DNA of 64,000 nucleotides, from assembly GCA_012295275.1 (NCBI GenBank), contig CM022671.1, forward strand, positions 23,250,001 through 23,314,000. The letters are read 5' to 3'. A program made the position numbers and the translations under genes. This stretch comes from Chrysomallon squamiferum. Taxonomy: Eukaryota > Animalia > Mollusca. The notes under the pieces were generated by a model. It saw only the letters and a list, made by a program, of their open reading frames with translations, was not told the DNA's origin and searched no databases. This document shows, piece by piece, positions 1-12,260 of the stretch (within the stretch, counting starts at the first letter, position 1; each line of letters starts with the position of its first letter).

Positions 1-1
1 A

Positions 2-37
<36 letters not shown>

Positions 38-424
38 CAACATTTATAATTATTGGTTTCATAAATGGCATAAATGATTCATTTGACGCTTAATCTAAAT
101 TTATATATATATTTATATATATATATATCTTTAATACGGTCGAACTTTAGCAAAAACGTTTTAGATTTGCGTTCAAGTTATTTCTTTTGCCTGTTGTGTG
201 TGTATCAGTAGCAGACATCTAAATATTAGAGATTAAATGACTTGTTTAACATAAGACAAAACTTCTGCGCTCGCAGTTTGGTAAAATCATAAAGATAGTA
301 AGCTATTTCTTGCAAAGACATTAAAATATTTCTTTATTTAGAACACAGAATTTCCGAGTGAATTAATACCCTAGAAAAAAATCTGAAAAAAAAATCTCTA
401 CTATATAATAGTAATGAAAATGAA

Positions 425-455
<31 letters not shown>

Positions 456-466
456 AAAAATAAATA

Positions 467-497
<31 letters not shown>

Positions 498-860
498 GGA
501 AATGAATTTATATTACACAAAATTGTATTTTGTTTGTACTGTGTAGAAAGGATTGCATTATTACATATTTAAATCAAAGAACACAATTTTGTCTGATATT
601 TAGTGAGAATTAATATAAAAATTATATTTTTAGATAATTTCATTCATTCATTCATTCATTCATGTATTCATAAATTAATTCATTTTGTACTCATTTTTCT
701 GCATAAACTAAAGCTGAAAACGTATAATGTTTTCAACAAAATTCTGATTATTAATCATTAATACATTTCTTGAAGTTTCCACAGTAATGAATATTAAAAT
801 TTATGTTATTATTTCGACGGTGTTGTTAATATTAATATAACTGCAAACCTTTTAACACAG

Positions 861-1029
861 TCGTTAATATTAATATTAAGGTAAACATTTCAGCTTGCTA
901 ATATTAATAATTGTGTAAACTTTAATTTTTCGGCAGTGTCGTTATCGTTAATATTAATATCAGGGCAAACATTTCAATTGTTAATATTAATGATTGTGTA
1001 AACCTTAATTTTTTTTACAGTGTCGTTAA
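861..1029. repeat. Degenerate tandem repeat, 2 x ~84 bp, each made of two related subunits
   Basis: Copies start at 861 and 945: tcgttaatattaatat..g(t/c)aaacatttca..ttg(c/t)taatattaat.attgtgtaaac.ttaattttt..cagtgtcgtta. Confidence 0.8.
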
Positions 1030-1489
1030 CGTAAATAATAATGCGAGTTTCTTACAAATTCAGTTTGCATGGATATTTATATTTTTGTAGTAAATTTTAT
1101 ATATATATATATACTAATGTAAATTTACGATAATGTAAAAGCTGTTTTGATTTATGAAAACAGTACACGTTTAATATTTATGATTGAAATTTATATTTAT
1201 TATTTAACTAAAAGAAATATTTTTATATGGCGACGACATAATAATTATATTAACTTGAAATAACTAATTAAATAGTACACGCTAAATTATAATGACTAAA
1301 CAAACAAACAAACAAAAATAAAAAAATAAGCTCGTTAAAAAAAAAAAAAAAATTAAGTCAGCATAACAAATTTCCAAACTGAAACTTACAAACAAAAATA
1401 CTGCGACACTGACATGAAATGGACATCCTACAACACGTGTTTCTCACAAACACACACACACACACACAGACACACATCATATGGAACGT

Positions 1490-1910
1490 TTACGGGGATT
1501 AACCTCTAAGCCGCTAATTATTAGTTTTTTAATTTTCTGACTGCAATCTCTACATTAATTACAATTAGAAAACAACAGGGAGACAGGCTGCAGCAATAAC
1601 ACTAACAATGCCATCGCCATGCGTGAGTGGAAACCTCATAATATAAAGTACAGAGCGAAGACGAGACAAATTAAAAGCTTATTACAATATAACAGTAATA
1701 TATAACTCCCGCTGGCAGCTTCGAGCACGGAATTTGCAAGAGGAAAATGACAAAGCGATGGACACGGGGAAAATAAATATGTTCGATGTCGATCGACGCG
1801 TGTCCGCCAATTTCCTAATTATACAGTTTTGTGTTTACACACTCCGACAGATGTTTGCTATTACTGATAGCTGTAATTAACATCGTCGTGTCCGGTAATT
1901 AGTTCACCGT
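1490..1910. promoter_or_regulatory. Candidate intronic enhancer (homeodomain-site cluster)
   Basis: CpG-richer non-repetitive island with TAATTA at 1515, 1556, 1816, 1874 and 1896, and GGATTA at 1496. Confidence 0.4.
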
Positions 1911-2155
1911 AATAGTAATAACAGTAATAGTAATAATAATAATAGTAATAATAATAATAATAGTAATACTAATAGTAATAATAATGGTCACATAATAACT
2001 GCAGTAATAAATTTTGTAAAAGGTTTTAAGTTAATAAAATTTGAATATTATTTTTATCGCTATGTTATACATACAAATGTACATATACATACATATATAT
2101 ATATATATATATATGCATTCATACGTACTAATATACATTACACATAAATATATTC

Positions 2156-2186
<31 letters not shown>

Positions 2187-2584
2187 CATGCATATATACA
2201 TATACATACATAAGTATATACATACATACATAAATATATGCTTAAATACACATATTCATCTAGACGGAAAATATTGTTGTCTGTGTTCTCTTTATTTCAC
2301 AAATCTTTAAACTAGATCATTTAACGACAACAGAACAAAAAAATCTAAGTCAAATCCCGCAGAGCCAATTATCTGATTAGTGTCAACTACATCTTCTGTC
2401 CGGTTTTTTTTTTTTTCTTTTTTTCACAACTTGACAATTTGTACAAAACTTCTGCTCGTTATCCCATTTTCCATTTCATTTGAACCACTGCAGTTTTCTT
2501 TTTTTTTTTTTTTTTTTTTTTATCACCGGTCTGTCCAATCTGAAATCCAAACAAGTAGCAAAATTAGCCCAAACACTGCCACCC

Positions 2585-2620
<36 letters not shown>

Positions 2621-2992
2621 GCCGCCAAGCACACCTTTTTATCAAATTTAGACTCCTTCATTCCTTTGTGTTGGCCAATCTGTTCTTATCGTACAAGACA
2701 GACAATTTGTTGAGGTTTGCAAACTAATAATGAGCCTAAACGTTGCCTTTATCCGTAATTATAGCCTTTATTTAGAAGTGGGTGGCTACCCGTGTGTATA
2801 CCCGTCGAGAACAGAAATAAATCTTCCGAGAAGAACGAACAAGGTTTGGACAGCGTCCGGTGAATGATTGAAAAGCCGGAAGGTTTCTCGTTATTTTAAT
2901 TTATTTATTTTGTTTTGTTTAAAAAGAAATAAATGTTATTGTGTGATTTAATTTATTGGTCTGTACCTTTGTTAACAATAAGAGAAATTGTT

Positions 2993-3027
<35 letters not shown>

Positions 3028-3325
3028 TTGAAGTTTGGTGAAAGAATAAGTAGGTTAGTAAAAAGTAAAAATTGTTGAGCGTGTGCTGAAATATTGACAG
3101 ACTGACAGATAGACAGATTGATACACAGACAGACATAGAAACAGATAGATAGGCTTATAGCTAGATAGATTAATGAGCAACCAGATTTTTTTTTTTAAAA
3201 GATTTTTAATCTGTTTTGGTGAATGGAAAAAATTATTAACTGCACATGATAGAAATTTATAAATATTGTTGTTATTGTTGTTATTATCATTTTCATTTTC
3301 GTAATCGTTATTACAATTACTGTGA

Positions 3326-3362
<37 letters not shown>

Positions 3363-4248
3363 AGTGATATTATTAACTAAAAAAATAAAAAAGTATGCAA
3401 TACGCACATGCACACATACAAAGCATTCATAAAAATAAAATAAAAATATTTAAAAAAAGAAATTCAAAATATATGATTTCCACTAAACCTTTCTGTTGTG
3501 TTTGCATCCTGTGGAGTATAAATTAACATAAATTATTCACATCCAACCAATGATGAAGTTCGTAACATATCAATATCTATACAATGTGAGTTATAAACGC
3601 AACAAGTTTTTATATCAAAAAAAAAAAAAACTCATATATTTCTCCCTTGCTATTTCTTGTTTGTTTGTTTGTTTGTTTGTTTTTCTTTTTCCGCCGTTTT
3701 TCTTCGCAGAAGAAACTTAAACGGAACTGTTTGTTTTTCTATCAATCAAGGTAATGTTTTTATGCATTTCCAAATATTTTGTTTTATCCAGAAAGTATTT
3801 AGAATGTCGCCATGGTTTCCTCGTTATTTGAACGCTAAGCGGTTTCGCATGCATGGACGTTTCAGTTAATATCTGGGAAATCGGCCATGTCTTGCAACAA
3901 ACTATATTTTACGACTGTTTCTGCGAGTATATCTAATTCTCATTTTGCTTAGAGAAAAAAAAAAAAAATCGTCTTGTTTCTACAACAAACGTCTGCGATA
4001 GCAATCAATGTGTACGGCTATTGCTCACTTCCTCAATATTGCTATGCATTAGAAATAAATTATGATATGTTTATTAGTTGTTTTTACTTTCATTTTTTTT
4101 GTTGTTGTTTTTTTCACTCCTTTTCTTTATCTTTTAAATGTTGCATTAAATAAATTTCTTTTAATGTTTGTAGAATGTGGAAGATTTATAACTGTTTACG
4201 TCCACCTTTGTTGCTTAGTGAATAATATAATTATTATTTATTTAGTAT

Positions 4249-4298
<50 letters not shown>

Positions 4299-4497
4299 TA
4301 ATAATAATGATAATGAAAATAATAATAATAATAAAAATAATAATAATAATAATGATGATGATGATAATGATAAATACTACCTGTTTATTTTAATGTTTTG
4401 CCTTATCGCACACACACACACGAACTCACGTACACACACATACAAATACAGACATATGTGTGTGTGTGTGTGTGTGTGTATATATACATATACATAC

Positions 4498-4501
<4 letters not shown>

Positions 4502-4591
<90 letters not shown>
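4502..4591. repeat. (GA)n microsatellite
   Basis: About 45 perfect AG units, adjacent to CA/TG/TACA repeats. Confidence 0.98.
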
Positions 4592-4594
<3 letters not shown>

Positions 4595-4978
4595 GTGTGC
4601 AAAGTAAGATGCAAGGACAGAATGAAAATATATTTCACTTAGCCAAACTTCTCAGGTGGAAATAAAAATCACATTTGACAAGACAGCATGAAATTATCTC
4701 GTTATTAACTGCATGTTTCTGTAAACAATTTTTTTTTTCTGTTTGCTAATGACTGCTGCCAAGTAAATCGTAAGCAGGAAGCAAGGCATATTTTTACGTA
4801 CTAGATTTTTTTCTGTTTATAAATAAATCTACAGTTTTCTTTTTCTTTCTATGTACTGATGCATTCATACACATGTAGATACATAAATACATACTCATAC
4901 ATACACATACATACATACGTACATATGCACAGAAAGTTTCAAACACATACATCAGGAGAACACATGTACAATAAAGTC

Positions 4979-5033
<55 letters not shown>

Positions 5034-5379
5034 GGTTTTAAAATTCAGTGAAGCGGTGATGTTCTTAACGGTTAATGAAACACGGTTATGTTTCAAATCC
5101 GTTGTTAGTGCAGGCGTTACCGAATACATTTTTTTTTTTTTTTTTTTTTTTTTCCTCTTTATTTTATTTTTTCACGCTTTTTCTCACTTCCACATCAGAT
5201 CGGCTTGTTTTACGCGTGACTACCGAATAAGTTCACACACCGAAAATTTTCTGCAATTAATTCAGTTCAGTGAAACTAGAGTGTAACATATTTTGTAAAG
5301 TTTCAATTCAGTTTTTTTTTTCTCTTTGTGTGTGCGAGCAAAATAAAAACATGTAATTATTATATTTAGGATTTTTTAA

Positions 5380-5412
<33 letters not shown>

Positions 5413-5849
5413 TGTCAGTGTTTTTAAAATTATATTCTGCATTAACTTCATGGCTTTCACGGTTAAATTAACAGAATTATTATTAAAATAAAATATTAAA
5501 ATTTATTTATTTTTTATACATAATTATTATGTATAAAATAAATAAATTTTAATAATATTTTATTTCTATTTTGTGTTGTGTTGTGATTATTATTATTATT
5601 GTATTGTTATTTTTGTTGTGGTTTTTATTCTTATTATCATCATCATAATCATCATCATCATCGTTATTACACTTTTGCTACAACTGGTTTAGAAATACTT
5701 AATTCTATCATAATTATTACAAGCTTATGAATTGCTTTATTTGTTTTTTTTTATGTCAGATTTCGTAATAATTAATAAGAGCTCACAGAACAGCTGTGTA
5801 GTTGTTAATTACAGAAATGTCATAACTAAAGTCTCCGTTGCTGTTGCAG

Positions 5850-6481
5850 GTGGTTCTGACGGAGAGGACGACGGTGACTTGGACAGTGGCATCGATACTC
5901 AGGGCAACATCTCCGACAAAGAGCTGGGACTCGACGGAGACAGCCGCGAGGGCAAAGAGAACGTCATGAGCAGTATTACCAACAACAACAACACCAATTA
6001 CATGAACAATAACAACAACAACAACAACAGCAACTTAAGCAACGGCGGATCCAATCCCTTGTTGTCGCCGAACATCAACAGTCCAGTCGGGATAAAAGAC
6101 GAACCGGGCCTGCGTCCGGACAGCTGCGGTCCCTTGGACGCCAGTCCCGGATCTGTGGATTCGAACGCGTCCCTCGGCTCGAATCTCGGGCTGGAAGACA
6201 TCTCGGAACAGAAGATGACGACGAAAAGCACGGACAGTACCGGAAGTGCGAGTCCCACGAGTCAGATAGGGGGCGGGGTCGGTGGCTCCAGTACCAAGGG
6301 TGACTCCGGGAACAGTGGGGGTAATACTCAAGTGGGGGCGAAACGAAGGGGTCCAAGAACTACGATAAAAGCGAAACAGTTGGAAACGTTGAAGGCCGCT
6401 TTTGCTGCCACTCCCAAGCCTACGAGGCACATTCGAGAACAGTTAGCTCAAGAAACGGGACTCAATATGAGAGTAATACAG
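5850..6481 (+). CDS. Lhx1/5: Lhx1/5 (Lim1) LIM-homeobox gene, internal exon: LIM-to-homeodomain linker plus homeodomain residues 1-46
   Basis: Acceptor gttgctgttgcAG|G at 5848-5849 (phase 1) and donor ataCAG|GTAAGT at 6482. Translation ends [47 protein letters not shown], which is the diagnostic Lhx1/Lhx5/Lim1 homeodomain. GC content is clearly higher than in the flanks. Confidence 0.96.
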
Positions 6482-8504
6482 GTAAGTTCTTTTTGACATA
6501 ATATAATATAATATAAAAAAAAAAAAATTGTTTATAAATACAATGTTTTTTTTATTTTTTTATTTTTTATTTTTTTTATCTTCTTCTTCTTCGTATTTCT
6601 TAACAATACTTATTATTCTTTGTTTTGTATGTAAAATTTCAATGTGCAGAGTGGTTTCTGGTGCCCTGGGCAAAGTTTCTGTACGTATTCTGAAGGCAAC
6701 GCTTCTCCATTGTCGTGCCCCTTTGTTCAGCGAATTTTGGGTGTCTCTCAGCATTCTACCCGTCTGAGCTTCCCGCCGAGTCTGTCCCATACACGAAACT
6801 CAGCGATATGGAAAAGTGTCACTGTGCTTCACGCACGAGTTGGCCCGTCTTTGCCAGATTTTAAAGAGATACACTTCTTGTTGTTTGTAGAAGAAAAAAC
6901 CCAATGATGTTCATATGCCAAAGACTCATTTTGCTTCATAGAATTGCCCGAGGGATTACTTTTTACAGATATGTTCCTGCTGAATGCGATTTAGTCTATC
7001 GCTGGCACGTTTACAGAAATATTCACTCGTACAAATAATGACGTTTTCAAAGAACATTGTGGCAAATCTGAATCGTCTTTGTGGTTGAAAAGGTATCAAC
7101 GAGATACGAAAGTTCTATCGTTTATTTCACGCTATCTATACGTATGTCTGGACGCAGATTCTTTTTATCGCATAAATACATTATGTTTTGTAATTTTCTT
7201 TCTTTGGTCCGTGTCGTTTTGTGTCAGGAGAGTGTCAGTTCTTTAGGAGCTCAAACAAATCAGGTTATTCACTGAACACAAGGTTCCCTTTTCATTGCTT
7301 TACGAAACACTCGCTGTCTTTTCAGTGCTCTGCGTTAAGAACAACTTCGCTTGTGTTTGAAAGTATTAGAAACTATGCTGCATAAAAGTGCCTCATGTTT
7401 TGTTAACCCTCTGAATAGCTGAATAAAACGAGATGAATTACCTGTAGAAATGAATAAATGATATTTTTTTTTTTTTTTTTTTTTCATCCGCTCATGATGC
7501 AGTGGTTACGATAACTCTCAGTTCTGAAATCTACTCTTGCTTTCTTTCTTCTTTCCTTTGTCCATTCGTTCTTTATTCATTTTTCTCTTCTTTTTCGCTC
7601 TGTTCATAACTCTATCTGTTTTGTTTAGTTTTAAATTTCTCCTTTTATTTTATTTATTTATTTATTTATTTATTTATACTTTCATTATTGACTTTTTTCT
7701 TTATTTTATTTGTTTGTTTATTTATTTGTTTGACTCTTTGTTTATTTATTTATTTGTTTATTTATTTATTTGTTTGTTTGTTTGTTTGTTTGTTTATTTA
7801 TTTATTTATTTATTTATTTATCTTTCCTCATATCATTTGTGTTTATTATTTTTAATTATTTTCTTCAATTTCCTTTTCTTTCCTTTCTTTTCCCTACTAC
7901 GTATCTTTATTTCAACCTTTTTACCCGATCTCCCTTTCGTTCTTACTTTCTAAATCAGAGCAGTCTTGAATCAATGAACGTGTATTTTTTTTTTTCATCT
8001 TTATTATATCTTTTTTGTGTGTGTGGATTCTGAAGAATCCGGTGTTACATTTCACCAAACTAGACGGGAGATCTGTCATAAAAGTGAAAACTTGTGTATC
8101 ACGGGCTACACGAATATTGTAAAACTGAGACTGCCTGCTTGGCTGGATGCTTAGTGCTTCTGAAGCCACGAAGAACTCATTAACCCTTGCCTCCAATATC
8201 GTTTGATCTCTTGTCCTGTAAAATGTATTTCCAAATGTTGCATTACTTTCTGGCCGAGACTTAAAACGTTTAATGGGAAAGCACCTACAGGGGGCCTTGT
8301 TGTTGTTCTTGTTTCTTATTTCTTTTTTTTTTTTTTTTTTTTTATGTTATTTTTTGGTCAGAAATAACGTATTTGTGAAATAAATGAATGAATGTATGTT
8401 TTACCACACCCAAACGAAACTAAAATATGTCTGCTTTTGGGTATCAGACAATGATAGTATAAATTGTACGTAATTTTGTATAGTAGCAAAAACATAGAGG
8501 GTAT

Positions 8505-8535
<31 letters not shown>

Positions 8536-8635
8536 TTTTTCTTATGTTATGTTATGTTATCTTATTTTGTTTTGTTTTGTTGTATTTTATTTTATTTTAT
8601 ATTATCTTATATATTTACTTTGTGTTCTTCTTCTT

Positions 8636-8666
<31 letters not shown>

Positions 8667-9284
8667 TTATTATTATTATTATTATTACTTGATGTTCCTA
8701 ACAAGACACATTTTTTGGTTTAAGTCTAGAATATATTTTTAATCAAGAATTTTTTTTTTATTATTTCTGTGGTAAACATATTGTAATATCATTTTACAAA
8801 TTTATATAGTTATTACTTGAAACTTTGCAAATGTAGAAATAAGCGATCGCTAACGTATTTGATGTAAGTCAGAAATGGTCTTTAAAAAATAAAGATATTA
8901 CACAAATTATAATGCACATAACATAACAGTTAGCTTGAATTATAAATTTTGTTTTTGTTCCATTTCAAACAATAACCTTTTAAATTTTATAAATCAAAAC
9001 ATGTTTTCAAAATATTTGTTTTGAAGAGCAATAATAAAAAAAAAAATGTTATTTAAGAATATATATATTATTTTAATATTTAATATATATTATAAAAAAA
9101 TAATAATAATAATAATAATTTAGATCAGACTAACATTAAATGACTGAACTTCTGTTTTCTGAAATAATATTATTGATTCACGAATATGATAAAAATATGA
9201 TTCATTCCAAGCTCTATTACGTGTGCCGTAGCATCATTCTGCATGTCATAGTTCAAAAAACAAAAAACAAAAAAAAAAACATAT

Positions 9285-9920
9285 CCCGACATGGAACTGC
9301 ACGCGCACACGCGCGGTTCTGAATTTTAATAAACACCATTGGCCGAAAAGGAGAGTCTGCGTTACTTCCGTGCCTGCGCACACCCCGTGTTTGAACGGCT
9401 CGGCAGATTGTTTAATTTCCGAGCGCTGGGCGTGATATCGAAAACGAAAATGTGATATTTTTCTCGAGTTTAAGGAAATGAAGGAAATGTGCGTCTATTT
9501 ATGAATCTGCCTGTATGTATGCTCACCATTTCCCATAGAGCTGGGCAGAGGAAACATAAACACGGTTTTCGCGGTTATTTGCCGCGATGTAACCGCGTTA
9601 AAGGCACGTACCGCGGACGGATCGAAAAGGCGTACGTCTGAAAAGCCATCTCGCTTCTTTTTCTGGCGATTACCATTGAAAGAAAAACGATCGTCACTCG
9701 AGATATCCACTTTATTTGCCTTAATTACTGTCAAACATTTTCGGCAAGCAAAGCTAACGGGTTGCTCGCGCCAAACAGCACGTGGCGGATGCTACAGTAT
9801 CCTCATATCTCGTTAATTGCAACGATTAATCATTATCTGTTCGGTAGTCGGGACCGTTAACCACCAAAATTGGCCCACATTTTGCCGAGGTTAAGTGCTA
9901 TCACTTTTGTGGACGCATTC
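9285..9920. promoter_or_regulatory. Candidate intronic cis-regulatory module (CpG-rich island)
   Basis: Dense CpG, no credible ORF, contains CACGTG, TTAATT and GATTAATC motifs, flanked by AT-rich simple repeats. Confidence 0.4.
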
Positions 9921-10097
9921 CATTTTTTGTGCTTTTGTGTTTCTTGTAAGGCGAGAAAGTGTGTTGTACTGGCAGAATAAACATCCCTCCTTTTATTTCT
10001 TTATTTGGTTAGGCGGCAGGAGTACATTGTTGTGCTTTCTGTTTGCTTTCATTGATCTCGTTAATTATTAGTTTTGTATGTGTTTGTTAACTAATGC

Positions 10098-10340
10098 AGC
10101 AACAACAGCAGCAATAATAATAATAATAATAACAATAGTAATAATAACAACAACAATAATAATAATAATAATATTAATAATGGTAATGATAATACTAATA
10201 ATAACAACAACGACAACAACAACAATAATAGTAATAATGATAATGATAATACTAATAATAACAACGACAACAACAACAACAATAATAATAATAATAATGG
10301 TGCTGCTGATGATGATGCAGATAATGATGATAACGACAGT
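10098..10340. repeat. Compound trinucleotide microsatellite (AAT/AAC/GAT/AGC)
   Basis: Seen directly. It is the source of the poly-Ile/Thr/Leu pseudo-ORFs. Confidence 0.95.
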
Positions 10341-11580
10341 GACAATTGAGATAATTACTGAAATTAATTTAACGCAGCCAACCATGTCTGTTTATTTCAT
10401 ATTTAAAATTTGATAACAGGAACGGTAGTTTAGCTAAATAAGTCATCAGAATTATTTACGTATGTTCCAAACATTAGGATTACAGACAGTGGTCATCGTT
10501 ATGAAATCGTGGGAAATGCAGTTTCATTCCATCGGGATCTCTCCTCAGAAAAAAAAATAACAAATTTCAAATGTCAATTTTGAGGGTTATCAACATGTCA
10601 CCCCGCAAGTCTTGTTCTACTCGAAGAAATTTATGTATTTTTGTCACAGATCTGAATTTGAATTAACTTTCTGGCTGTCCAGATTCCCATTACGGTTAGT
10701 GAGGAAAACTCTGGGGGTTAACAATGCACCTTTTGTGTGGTGTGTGTACGCCTGCCATAGGCCAAACATATACGAATGCGAGGGGCTTGATAAATCCATC
10801 GAACCCGTATATCAAAACCTACGCTGTGCAATATTTCAAGACAAAATTCAAGTGGAAATGTCAAGATATGCCTTATTTACACAAGCAGCACAACATTTAT
10901 TCATGACTGTTAACTTCGGAGACGCCACACAAGTCGTTACCGTCCCAGTCAGTTTAAAAAACATTATATATATATATATATGTATATCTATCTGTATTAA
11001 AAATACTTAACATTTTTTTTTTTCTTCCTTATCTCGATATATACAATTTTTTCTCCCCTTCTATTTATATGCAGACATCATTTTGTACGAATGTCAACCC
11101 TATCAATAGTGGAGTCAGAGCTGAGCGGATTTTGTTTATGCTTTTAACTGGTAGACCCACAAAGTTATAAATACCACACGGGAGTTTAATTCTGGTGAAA
11201 ATGTAGCGTATTGTGGATGTCGTGATGGTGTGTGTGTGTGTGTATGTGTGTATCTCTTGTCTTCCCGACTGTGTGTTACTCTTTATCACTGAGCCATGAA
11301 TATTCTCCAGGAGGTATTCCACTCGCGTCTTTCATCCAGTGTAGATGTGCATTTCTTCAGGGTCAAGGGACTAAGGATTCGTACATTTCGCAGTCTTGGC
11401 ATATTATATTATTTGCGGATGGGTTTTTTTTTTTCTCCTGCCATGCAGTTTATGCTTCGTTGTGCGGCATTCGTAAATGGCAGGCTCTTCCCATTTCTAC
11501 GTTTTACTGTCTGCTCAGCTATTTTTATATATTTAGTTTTCAAACACGGTCTTGCCTGTTATCACCGTACTCGTGTTTAT

Positions 11581-11678
11581 CAGCAGCAGCAACAACAACA
11601 GCATTACTATTATTATTGTTATTGTTACTTTTGTTGTTGTTGTTGTTGCTGTTGCTGTTATTATTATTATTATTGTTG

Positions 11679-11747
<69 letters not shown>
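11581..11747. repeat. Compound (CAG)(CAA)(ATT)(GTT) microsatellite
   Basis: Seen directly; it ends in a long perfect (ATT)n. Confidence 0.95.
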
Positions 11748-12131
11748 GTGATTCTTTAGTAGCGATATTTTTCTTCCTTTTTGTTTTTTGTGATAGTTTA
11801 ATCATTATAATTTTTCACCTGTAAAAAAAAAAATAATAATAATAATAATAAAAAATAATAATAATAAATAAATAAATACACCAGAAACAAACAACAACAA
11901 GAACCGTAAACAAAACCAGAACAAAAAAACAACAAAAAAACAAAAACATCATCAACAACATACAAAACAAAACCGACGATAGTAGTTAATAATTCAGTAA
12001 AGTCTTAAGTAAGCAGAACTTTCATTCGTAACTGGTTTATCATCTAGGTAAAAGATAAATTACATATGTTTCTGTTTTTAACCTCGGTAACTGCTGGTTT
12101 GATGAAAAAAAAAAAAAAACCCATCAGGTAG

Positions 12132-12260
12132 CGGAATAGACAAAATTAAATTTTTCATTTTTAAAACACATCTATCAGCTTGATTATAATGAGTAACGGA
12201 ACAGACAAAATTAAATTTTTCATTTTTAAAACACATCTATCAGCTTGATTATAATGAGTA
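12132..12260. repeat. Recent tandem duplication, 2 x 65 bp
   Basis: cggaa(t/c)agacaaaattaaatttttcatttttaaaacacatctatcagcttgattataatgagta starts at 12132 and 12197, with one mismatch. Confidence 0.95.

Larger units (their letters stand above)
1..5849 (+). other. 3' part of the intron preceding the linker/homeobox exon (LIM-domain exons lie upstream of the window)
   Basis: Ends in an AG acceptor. I found no Cys/His-rich LIM-coding exon in 1-5849, and Lhx1/5 proteins carry two N-terminal LIM domains. Confidence 0.8.

Noticed and set aside
5732-5849. N-terminal part of the 254-aa ORF ([11 protein letters not shown]...)
   Set aside because: Intronic read-through upstream of the AG acceptor at 5848-5849. 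It is AT-rich and contains no LIM domain, so it is not the real start.
5998-6430. Three minus-strand ORFs overlapping the homeobox exon
   Set aside because: Antisense shadows of a GC-rich coding exon with no recognisable domains.
6482-6496. Intron read-through isoform ending ...RVIQVSSF* (homeodomain lacking the WFQN core)
   Set aside because: An early in-frame stop is expected in any AT-rich intron. The donor is a perfect GTAAGT and I see no clear poly(A) signal next to it.
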